From positions 78,346-102,345 of the forward strand of contig NZ_JBHYDR010000010.1 of NCBI RefSeq assembly GCF_051860605.1: DNA of 24,000 bases. Direction: 5' to 3'. This document shows positions 1-6,251 of the stretch, one piece after another. The notes beneath the pieces were generated by a model that saw only the letters and a program-made list of their open reading frames with translations, ran no database searches and was not told where the DNA came from. The position numbers and the translations under genes were made by a program. Origin of the DNA: Phreatobacter sp. GTDB lineage: Bacteria > Pseudomonadota > Alphaproteobacteria > Rhizobiales > Phreatobacteraceae. Within the stretch, counting starts at the first letter, position 1; each line of letters begins with the position of its first letter.

Positions 1-360
1 GTAGCGGCGGCAGCGATCGAACGTGTGCGGGTAGCGATCGTCCGCAGACCGGTTCGGGCGGCAATAGACGGTCGGCGGCGCGTAATAGGCCGGCGCCTCC
101 TCATAGGCATAGGGGGCCGGGCCGTAGGCATAACCGGGGCCGCCGTAGTAGCCATAGCCGCGCTCATAGGCCTGGCGGCGCTGGTCGGCGGCGATGGCCG
201 CCGCTCCGATCCCCAGAATGCCAAGCGCGATGCCGGCTCCGATCGCCGCGCCCGGATTGCCGCGCCGATAGCGCTGAGCCTCGGCCGGCGCCATGGTGGC
301 GACGAGGCCGGTGGCGACCACAAGGCCGGCCGCTGCCATCTTCATCGTGCGAGAGATCAT
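1..360 (-). CDS. Partial CDS (C-terminus beyond window edge): small exported glycine-zipper, Tyr/Gly/Pro-rich protein
   Basis: Absent from the ORF track because there is no stop in the window. Hand translation from ATG 360: MISRTMKMAAAGLVVATGLVATMAPAEAQRYRRGNPGAAIGAGIALGILGIGAAAIAADQRRQAYERGYGYYGGPGYAYGPAPYAYEEAPAYYAPPTVYCRPNRSADDRYPHTFDRCRRY..., open to base 1 (exactly 120 codons). AAGGGGA lies 5 nt upstream of the ATG. The N-terminus is signal-peptide-like (AEA/Q), followed by a GxxxG-rich segment, with GC3-rich codons. Family not recognised with certainty. Confidence 0.55.
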   Translation of the reverse strand, partial: MISRTMKMAAAGLVVATGLVATMAPAEAQRYRRGNPGAAIGAGIALGILGIGAAAIAADQRRQAYERGYGYYGGPGYAYGPAPYAYEEAPAYYAPPTVYCRPNRSADDRYPHTFDRCRRY

Positions 361-512
361 GGAAATCCCCTTTCTCGTGAACGGACGGCCGCAGGCGAAG
401 ATCGCCGCGAAGCCGGTTTCCACCGATCAACGTGCAGGAAACCTAGCGGTTCCGCGCTGAACCCGTTCTGAATGAAGAGTGGCGGCATCGTGGCGCGTGC
501 CTGAACGCCCGT

Positions 513-941
513 TCAGCCCGCCGCGGACATGTCGGGGGAAATGGTCAGAGGCAGCGCCTCGATGATCACGAAGGCCTGCGCCCAGGGCTGGTCATCGGTG
601 ATCGACAGATGGATGACGGCCGTGTGCCCGGCCGGCGTGAGCGCCGACAGCATGGCGGCTGCGCCCCCGGTCAGCTCCATGGTCGGCCGGCCGGAGGCAA
701 GGTTGACCACCCCCATGTCGCGCCAGAACACGCCGCGCCGGATGCCGGTGCCGAGAGCCTTGGCGCATGCCTCCTTGGCCGCGAAGCGCTTGGCATAGGT
801 GGCGGCCCTGTGCGCCCGGCCCTCGGCGCGCGCCCGCTCCACCTCGGTGAACAGCCGGTGGGTGAAGCGCTCTCCGTGGCGGGCCAGCGACTGCTCGATG
901 CGCCGGATATCGCAGAGGTCCGAGCCGATGCCGATGATCAC
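513..941 (-). CDS. acpS: Holo-[acyl-carrier-protein] synthase (AcpS-type 4'-phosphopantetheinyl transferase)
   Basis: 142-aa [19 protein letters not shown]... with the GIGxD N-terminus, FTxxE and AAKEAxxKALG motifs typical of AcpS. Its ATG (941-939) overlaps the TGA of the upstream ORF (ATGA). Confidence 0.9.
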   Translation of the reverse strand: MIIGIGSDLCDIRRIEQSLARHGERFTHRLFTEVERARAEGRAHRAATYAKRFAAKEACAKALGTGIRRGVFWRDMGVVNLASGRPTMELTGGAAAMLSALTPAGHTAVIHLSITDDQPWAQAFVIIEALPLTISPDMSAAG

Positions 942-1396
942 GTCGGGCGGCTCCTCAGCGCGAGGCCGGTGAGGGCGAGCCCGGCCAGCATGGTGGCAAG
1001 TCCGATGAGCACCAGCGGGATGCGCTCGCGCGGCGGATCGTCGAGCACCACGATGTCCTCGCAGGTCGTGCCGGGCACCACCTGCAGCGTCTCGCGCGCC
1101 GGCCGGCCGTCGGGGGCATGCCGGTACTGGACGAGATTGACCCGGCAGTCCTGCACGATCGGCCCGATGCGCCGCTGGAACGTGTAGGCCGGCACGCCCA
1201 CCGTGTCGCGCGAGGATGAGGTGGTCTGCGATCCGGCCCAGCTGGCGGTCACCGCCTCGCCCTGGCCCGCCTGCCAGTAGCGCACCAGCGGCCAGCCATT
1301 GGGCACGGCCACGACGAGGCCGATCAGCACCACGAACAGCCCGACCAGCAGCTTCGAGCGCGAGGCCGGCGCCGGCCCGGCGCCCTCCTCCGTCAC
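938..1396 (-). CDS. Small membrane protein, two terminal TM helices, unknown family
   Basis: Same frame as track ORF 938..1624, but the first 76 codons of that ORF overlap pyrE. GTG 1396-1394 overlaps the pyrE TGA (GTGA). The 152-aa product [31 protein letters not shown]...[27 protein letters not shown] has hydrophobic helices at both ends and a middle of about 95 aa with 2 Cys. Codons are GC3-rich. Confidence 0.6.
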   Translation of the reverse strand: MTEEGAGPAPASRSKLLVGLFVVLIGLVVAVPNGWPLVRYWQAGQGEAVTASWAGSQTTSSSRDTVGVPAYTFQRRIGPIVQDCRVNLVQYRHAPDGRPARETLQVVPGTTCEDIVVLDDPPRERIPLVLIGLATMLAGLALTGLALRSRPT

Positions 1397-2004
1397 GAAG
1401 CCGCCCCGGGACCGGCAGACGCGCCCTGGATGCCGCGCGAACCGGGCTTCACGGCGGGAAGCGCGGCAAGTTCCGGCGGCAGGGCGTCCGCGGCATAGTC
1501 GGACACGTACCAGGACAGCAGCGAGACCAGCGGCACGCCGACATCCACCGTGCCGCCGGAACGGTCGACCAGCACGGCCGCCCCCACCGTCTCGCCGGCA
1601 TGGCCGGCAATCGCCGCGAGGCACTCGCGGGTCGACAGCCCGGTGGTGACGATATCCTCGACCACCAGCACGCGCGCGCCGGCGGGAATGGCGAAGCCGC
1701 GACGCAGGCGGAACTGTCCCTCCTCGCGCTCGACGAAGATGGCTTTCGCTCCGAGCTGCCGCGCCGTCTCGTAGCCCGGCACGATGCCGCCGACCGCCGG
1801 CGAGACGACATAGTCGATGCGGCCGAAGCGCGCGCGCACCTTCTCCGCCAGCGCCGCGCAGAGCCGGGCCGTGCGCTCGGGGTCCTGGAACACGAACATC
1901 TTCTGCAGGAAGACCGGGCTCCGCCGCCCCGAGGACAGGATGAAATGGCCTTCGAGCAGCGCGCCGGCGGCGCGGAATTCGGCAAGCACGTCGTCAGGGG
2001 TCAT
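1393..2004 (-). CDS. pyrE: Orotate phosphoribosyltransferase
   Basis: 203-aa ORF with the N-terminal [11 protein letters not shown] motif and the PRPP-binding loop [13 protein letters not shown] of type I phosphoribosyltransferases (OPRT). Confidence 0.9.
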   Translation of the reverse strand: MTPDDVLAEFRAAGALLEGHFILSSGRRSPVFLQKMFVFQDPERTARLCAALAEKVRARFGRIDYVVSPAVGGIVPGYETARQLGAKAIFVEREEGQFRLRRGFAIPAGARVLVVEDIVTTGLSTRECLAAIAGHAGETVGAAVLVDRSGGTVDVGVPLVSLLSWYVSDYAADALPPELAALPAVKPGSRGIQGASAGPGAAS

Positions 2005-2014
2005 GGGTGGCGCG

Positions 2015-2054
2015 TCCGTCAGGGTTTGACGGGAGAGACGATGAATGGGGGTGG
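2015..2054. repeat. pyrE-leader repeat, copy A (hairpin core CCGTCA-GGGTT-TGACGG)
   Basis: TCCGTCAGGGTTTGACGGGAG at 2015-2035 matches 4990-5010 in 20/21 positions, same orientation, and is followed by a related AATGGG..G..GG tail. It lies 10 nt upstream of the pyrE ATG on the minus strand. Confidence 0.65.
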
Positions 2055-2141
2055 AAAGTCAATGAGGGCGAGCACCGGACGACGGTGGCAGGGTCGCGCC
2101 GGGACGTGCGATGCCCGCGACTTTCATGGACCCCGGCGCAA

Positions 2142-2168
2142 CGGGCCCCGCCACGACGGCGGGGCCCG
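2142..2168 (-). terminator. GC-rich hairpin downstream of the lectin-domain gene (candidate terminator)
   Basis: Perfect 11-bp stem CGGGCCCCGCC / GGCGGGGCCCG with a 5-nt loop, starting 6 nt after the stop at 2175-2177. Only UU follows on the minus strand, so it is not a textbook intrinsic terminator. Confidence 0.4.
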
Positions 2169-2174
2169 CCTCCG

Positions 2175-3434
2175 TCACGTCTGGACGTCGAAGCGCTGGT
2201 TGGCGGCATTCGGCCGGCAGGGAGTGCCGACGATCTTCGCTCCGGGCCGGGGGGCGCGGTCCACGGTCCAGCAGTAGTTGTCACCGTTGCGGATCTGGCC
2301 GGTGCCCTCGTTGAAGCGCCAGCGGTCCTGCGTGTCGCGGCACGAGATCATCATGACCTCCTCCGGCGGCTCCGGCATGCGGTTGACACTGGCGCAGGTG
2401 CCATGGCGCTGCCACAGGCGGATGGCGTCTCCGGTGGAGACGAAGTTGAACGTGGTGGCGGCGTCGCACGGCGACAGCACGAGATCGGAGGCGCCGGGGC
2501 CATTGCCGCCGACATGCCGCACGCACAGACCGGTGTTGGAGCGCAGGGCGAAGATGGTCGGCGCGTTGACCACCGCTGGCTGGCGCGGCGCCTGGGCCTG
2601 CGCCTGGCGCTGCGCGGGCGCGACGGGTTGCGGCCGGCCCTGAACCTGCGGTGCGGCCGGGGCGGAGGCCGGCGTCGCGCGGCCGAGGCGCTGGCGGCAT
2701 TCCTCCACCTTGGTGATGGCGGCTGCGATGCCCTGGAGGCTGAAAGCGAAATCAGCGCGGCCGACGCCCATCGCAGCTTGGCCGCCGTTCCGCAGCGCGT
2801 CCACCTGGCCCATGTTCAGCCAGGCAATGGTCCAGTCGAAGACGGCCGTGCCGCTGACGTCGGCGCCGGCGCGGCCGGCGGGCTCGCTGCCGTCGATCTC
2901 GAGGCGGCCCTGCCAGTTGGGGTTCGACTTGACCGGCACCGCCAGCTGCCACTGACTGCCGTCGCCGGGCATGGCGCGGTCGACGCCGATGCGCACGGTG
3001 CTGTCGCCGATCCGGGTCTCCGCCACGCAGTACATGAACAGGCGGCCGCTGAAGGCGGCGCTCACCTGCCACTGCCGTGCGCGGCCGTAGGGCTCTTCCA
3101 TCTGGCCGTCGCCGACGATGGCATAGCCGCCGTATTCCTGCGGTGCCACGAGCAGGGCGCCGCAGCGGGCCGCCAGCCGGCGGACATGGACCGACGCGCC
3201 CTCGACCTGGTCCTGCGGCGTGCGGGCGCACCACTGGCGGTGCATGTCGCGGTCGCCGTGGACGCCGCGGCCGGGGTCGAGGCAGGCGGGGTTGGACCGG
3301 ATCGCGTCCTCGGCGGCGGTGGCGACCGTGTCGGCATATTGCCGGCAGAAGGTGGCATCTCCCGGCGCTCCCTGCGCGAAAGCGGTACTGGAGACGAGCA
3401 GGGCGGCGAGGGTCAGCAGAGACAATCTCGACAT
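2175..3434 (-). CDS. Secreted tri-modular protein: 4-Cys N-terminal module, unknown central domain, Pro/Gln/Ala linker, C-terminal ricin-type beta-trefoil lectin-like domain
   Basis: 419-aa ORF with signal peptide MSRLSLLTLAALLVSSTAFA/QG. Residues 29-91 (FCRQYA...NPACLD...HRQWCART...VRRLAARC) are paralogous to the neighbouring gene. The linker at residues 251-291 is PAQ-rich. The last ~127 aa show three Cys-pair subrepeats ending in QxW-like motifs (TFNF, DRWRF, NQRFDV), as in ricin B/CBM13 domains. Confidence 0.8.
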   Translation of the reverse strand: MSRLSLLTLAALLVSSTAFAQGAPGDATFCRQYADTVATAAEDAIRSNPACLDPGRGVHGDRDMHRQWCARTPQDQVEGASVHVRRLAARCGALLVAPQEYGGYAIVGDGQMEEPYGRARQWQVSAAFSGRLFMYCVAETRIGDSTVRIGVDRAMPGDGSQWQLAVPVKSNPNWQGRLEIDGSEPAGRAGADVSGTAVFDWTIAWLNMGQVDALRNGGQAAMGVGRADFAFSLQGIAAAITKVEECRQRLGRATPASAPAAPQVQGRPQPVAPAQRQAQAQAPRQPAVVNAPTIFALRSNTGLCVRHVGGNGPGASDLVLSPCDAATTFNFVSTGDAIRLWQRHGTCASVNRMPEPPEEVMMISCRDTQDRWRFNEGTGQIRNGDNYCWTVDRAPRPGAKIVGTPCRPNAANQRFDVQT

Positions 3435-3571
3435 GGGGATTCCGGTTGGAAGAGCCGGCGAACCGGCGGAGGTTCGAAAAGGGCTGGATAGACGGCGTCA
3501 GGGCCGCGCGAGGAGCGCCGCGATCGGCGTGTTGAGAACCCAGTGCTGGCCGGGCGCCCCGCGACGGCGTC

Positions 3572-4207
3572 CTAGCGCATGCTGATCGTCGCAGCCGGCG
3601 GACCGATGCTGTCGGAGCGGCGATGCCAGTAGCGGCCGTTCATCACGCCCGGCTCGGGAGAGGTCATGACGAACCAGTCCGTGCCGTTGTTGGTGAAGGT
3701 GTAGGAGTTGCCCTGCAGCGTGTAGCGCACGTCGAAGCAGCGCCGGCCGCCGCCGGTCCCGTAGCAGTAGCCTGCTTCGCCACGGCGAGCGGGATAGAGC
3801 TCGAAGGTGGCGGGCAGAATATTGCCGTTCGACCAGCGCCAGGTCCCGGTGAACCGGACCGTTCCTGGCGACGATTGGGGCCTCGGTGCGGCCTGCTGCG
3901 GACGCGGAGGCTGTGCATTGCCGGTGCACTGCGTAACAAGGCGGCGGATGTGGGCCTCCGCACCCTGCACCGCTGCCGGCGACGTCCGCATGCACCAGTC
4001 GAAATGGGTCTGGTAATTGCCGTGGATGCCCCTGTTGTAGTCGAGGCAGGCCGGATTGCGGGCGACGGCGCCCTGGCCGACCCCCGCCATATTGGCGGCA
4101 TAGCGCCCGCAGAAGTCCCGGTTGCCTTGTGCGAGCACCGGACTCGCCAGAGACAGGGAGGCGAGCCCCGCTACACCGAGCAAAAGACGAATGGTCGAAT
4201 ATTTCAT
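3572..4207 (-). CDS. Secreted protein: same 4-Cys N-terminal module, PQ linker, unknown beta-rich C-terminal domain
   Basis: Start chosen at ATG 4207 (MKYSTIRLLLGVAGLASLSLASPVLA/QGN, a clear signal peptide). The upstream 136 codons of track ORF 3572..4615 are Arg/Gly-rich and not protein-like. Residues 32-94 align without gaps to residues 29-91 of the 419-aa neighbour (FC.YA, NPACLD, RG.HG, WC.RT, RRL...C). Confidence 0.75.
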   Translation of the reverse strand: MKYSTIRLLLGVAGLASLSLASPVLAQGNRDFCGRYAANMAGVGQGAVARNPACLDYNRGIHGNYQTHFDWCMRTSPAAVQGAEAHIRRLVTQCTGNAQPPRPQQAAPRPQSSPGTVRFTGTWRWSNGNILPATFELYPARRGEAGYCYGTGGGRRCFDVRYTLQGNSYTFTNNGTDWFVMTSPEPGVMNGRYWHRRSDSIGPPAATISMR

Positions 4208-4392
4208 GTGAGCCCCCCAGTGGCGTTGGCTTCGCATTGTCGCGACGTGACGGTCGGATGCACGGGTTCTGTCCGCAGCGTTTGCGTGAGGTCGCCGGCC
4301 CCGTTCAGTGTGGAAGTGAGGCTGGCCGCACCGGACGGGATCGTTGCGATCCCGATGATCTCCGGGTCGTTCGTCCCTGCGGGCGCTTGCAT
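4204..4392 (-). CDS. Speculative 62-aa upstream ORF with a stop-start overlap onto the 211-aa secreted protein gene
   Basis: ATG 4392 is preceded by GAGGGGAAAGGGC (a strong SD-like purine run). Product: MQAPAGTNDPEIIGIATIPSGAASLTSTLNGAGDLTQTLRTEPVHPTVTSRQCEANATGGLT. Its TGA overlaps the downstream ATG 4207 (ATGA). GC3 is visibly lower than in neighbouring genes and no family is recognised, so it may be non-coding. Confidence 0.25.
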   Translation of the reverse strand: MQAPAGTNDPEIIGIATIPSGAASLTSTLNGAGDLTQTLRTEPVHPTVTSRQCEANATGGLT

Positions 4393-4728
4393 GCCCTTTC
4401 CCCTCGGCGGAGCGTTCCACCTGGGGGCTGGCCTGTGCGGAAACAGACAGGCCGGTCGGCCCGTTGGGGACATTGCCGCCGAATGGCTCAACCTGTGCGA
4501 CGACCGGCCCCGACGGGCCACGACAACAGGGGCCGCGGAAGCAGCCACGACACAAACGTGCTGATTCAAAGGAATGCCCCCTGGGTGTTGACCACACGAC
4601 TGCCCCGTTACGCACCTACCACAGGCCCCCCGGACCCTGCAATCGCATTGACGCTACGGCAGAATGACAACGCAATGATGTCGGCAACTGCCATATAGAC
4701 AACAACGATAGCAGACTTCAGATGACGA

Positions 4729-4986
4729 TCAGCCCCGTATCGCATCCTTCACGCTGACCAATAGATCACAACGCATCACCTGGCGCAGCGATGTCTTCCA
4801 TTCGTCAGAACTTTCAGAGGCGATACATGGTCCATGGAAGATCGTCTGGACAATTTGCCAGCTGATCCACTTCAAGACCATGACGCCACAGTCGGAGGCC
4901 GCACCTGAACGGCTGCTGAACAATCCCTGGGAATCTGTGGCGGCAATGCAAAACCCGGCACGCCCATCGTCAGGGCCCCCGGTCAC
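4729..4986 (-). pseudogene. Truncated, diverged, lower-GC pyrE-like 5' fragment
   Basis: GTG 4986 follows copy B of the pyrE leader. Its translation VTGGPDDGRAGFCIAATDSQGLFSSRSGAAS... aligns to Pyr[30 protein letters not shown]... (PDD, A, F, A, G.F, S.G..S), and later CDLLVS..AIRG matches [11 protein letters not shown]. The frame stops after 85 codons, before the PRPP loop. The region is visibly more AT-rich than its flanks. Confidence 0.4.
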
Positions 4987-4989
4987 GGC

Positions 4990-5029
4990 TCCGTCCGGGT
5001 TTGACGGGAGCGGCAATGGGTGCGGGCGG
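4990..5029. repeat. pyrE-leader repeat, copy B
   Basis: TCCGTCCGGGTTTGACGGGAG at 4990-5010 plus a CGGCAATGGGTGCGGGCGG tail, in direct orientation relative to copy A at 2015-2054. It lies 3 nt upstream of GTG 4986 on the minus strand and about 90-130 nt downstream of the stop of the 5122..6204 gene. Confidence 0.65.
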
Positions 5030-5121
5030 TGAACAAGCCGGCCCCTGTTCAAGCCGGCCCACCCTGCCGGGCGTGCCGGGCAGCCGGTGGACCGGGAAAC
5101 CGTTCAGGTGGCAAGCGCCGG

Positions 5122-6204
5122 TCAGTCCTCTGCCGACCAGTTGCGGAAGCTGGCATTGCCAAGGCCGGTGCCGATGGTCAGCACGGCCCAGTGGTCGACG
5201 TCCTTCATGGCCGGCAGTTCGGACAGGCCCTGCACCACCGCGTCATTGTGCATGACGACCACCGTCTGCTGGCCGTCGATCTCCGGCACCGCCTTTTCCA
5301 GCGCCGCCGGCAGGTTGAAGTGCTCGCTCTCCCAATTGCCCCCGGGAAGGTTCTGGCCGCCGCTGTGGATCGCGCCGTCCTCGCCGATCATGCCGGGACA
5401 GGCGATGCCGATGGCCGGACAGAGCTTCAGCTCCTTCTTCTTCGCCCGCGCGATCAGGTCCTCGAGCATGCCGGCCAGCGTCTTCACCGCCTCGGTGCGC
5501 GAGGGGGCATCGTCGGCATGGCGCCAGAGTTCGGAATGGCAGACCTTGGCCTTCAGCGAGGCGGTATCCTTCTTCATCTTGTAGCGCACGATGCCGGCGC
5601 GGATGTTCGTGCCGCCGATATCCACCGCCAGTAGCGCGTCATGGCCGGCCAGGATCGGATGCGGCACGAGATAGGCCGAGCCGATCAGGCCCGCCTCGTC
5701 GGGATGGCTGCTGATCGGCACGATGTCGATGTCGATGCCGTCGGCCTTCAGCAGCAGCGCCGTGCGCGCAAAGGCGAGTTCCCCCACGCGGCTCTCGCGA
5801 AACCCGCCTCCGGCAACGATCCGCTCCACCGGCTTCCAGCCCTTGGTGCGGCGATAGCGGCGGATGACCTCGGCGAGGTCCTGCGAAAACGCCTCGATGG
5901 CGCCGTGGATCAGGGCCGCGGCCTCGACGTCGTCGCTCTCCATCAGCTTGTCGATCTGGCTCTTGGAGAGGTCCTCGGTCCCGACATCGCCGATCGGATC
6001 GGCGTCGATCTTGCGCAGCCGCCTGCGCCAGGCGTCGAGCCCCTCGGAAAAGGCCCCGCGCGAGGCCTTGTCGCCGATGAACCCGTCCTCGTCGCGCAGT
6101 TCCAGATTGTAGCTCGTGACGTGCACCGCGTGCAGATTCAGCACCCCCTGCCGGATCATCGGATCGGGCATCACGGCCTCTGCCCCGGCGCCACCCTTTG
6201 CCAT
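5122..6204 (-). CDS. ASKHA-fold sugar-kinase-like (ROK/hexokinase-like) protein with apparently permuted motif order
   Basis: Start chosen at ATG 6204 (AGGAGA 7 nt upstream) rather than the TTG at 6255, giving 360 aa. Motifs: IVAGGG (aa 129-134) and DEAGLIGSA (169-177) resemble the ROK C-terminal region. VDIGGTNIRAG (194-204, phosphate-1), IGIACPG, HNDAVV (319-324) and LTIGTGLGN (342-350, phosphate-2) resemble the ROK/hexokinase N-terminal half. The ORF ends 10 aa after phosphate-2. Confidence 0.8.
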   Translation of the reverse strand: MAKGGAGAEAVMPDPMIRQGVLNLHAVHVTSYNLELRDEDGFIGDKASRGAFSEGLDAWRRRLRKIDADPIGDVGTEDLSKSQIDKLMESDDVEAAALIHGAIEAFSQDLAEVIRRYRRTKGWKPVERIVAGGGFRESRVGELAFARTALLLKADGIDIDIVPISSHPDEAGLIGSAYLVPHPILAGHDALLAVDIGGTNIRAGIVRYKMKKDTASLKAKVCHSELWRHADDAPSRTEAVKTLAGMLEDLIARAKKKELKLCPAIGIACPGMIGEDGAIHSGGQNLPGGNWESEHFNLPAALEKAVPEIDGQQTVVVMHNDAVVQGLSELPAMKDVDHWAVLTIGTGLGNASFRNWSAED

Positions 6205-6251
6205 CGTCGTCTCCTGTCGGGCGGACTGCCCGAAGGCCAACGCGGCCGGGA

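Noticed and set aside
25-471. 148-aa plus-strand ORF and 88-aa minus-strand ORF (164..430) at the window start
   Set aside because: The open minus-strand frame from ATG 360 to base 1 (not in the track, no stop) has an SD, a signal peptide and sensible composition. The listed ORFs are Arg-rich alternative frames of it.
501-516. Hairpin CTGAAC-GCCC-GTTCAG at the acpS stop as a terminator
   Set aside because: The stem is only 6 bp, it overlaps the stop codon, and no U-tract follows on the minus strand. It is too weak to call.
1397-1624. Long version (228 aa) of the membrane-protein ORF 938..1624
   Set aside because: The upstream 76 codons lie entirely inside pyrE in another frame and are Arg/Gly/Cys-rich. 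GTG 1396, overlapping the pyrE stop, is the sensible start.
3455-3480. tRNA-like GGTTCGAA strings (also GGTTCAAAATCC at about 10277-10288)
   Set aside because: The flanks do not form a T-arm stem, and no acceptor, anticodon or D-arm can be drawn. These are chance matches inside spacers.
2007-3491. 494-aa plus-strand ORF, and the other ORFs overlapping 2175..3434
   Set aside because: These are shadow frames of the signal-peptide-bearing 419-aa minus-strand gene. Only the minus-strand gene has domain logic (signal peptide, paralogous module, lectin repeats).
4208-4615. N-terminal extension of track ORF 3572..4615 (347 aa)
   Set aside because: The extension (MRNGAVVWSTPRGHSFESARLCRG...) is Arg/Gly/His-rich with no hydrophobic pattern. 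The internal ATG 4207 immediately yields a textbook signal peptide homologous in layout to the neighbouring paralogue.
2005-5121. Integrase, transposase or recombinase genes, or terminal inverted repeats, that would make the cassette a bona fide mobile element
   Set aside because: No ORF in any frame shows recombinase-like motifs, and only the direct leader repeats are present. The segment is therefore reported as an insertion or duplication scar, not called a mobile element.
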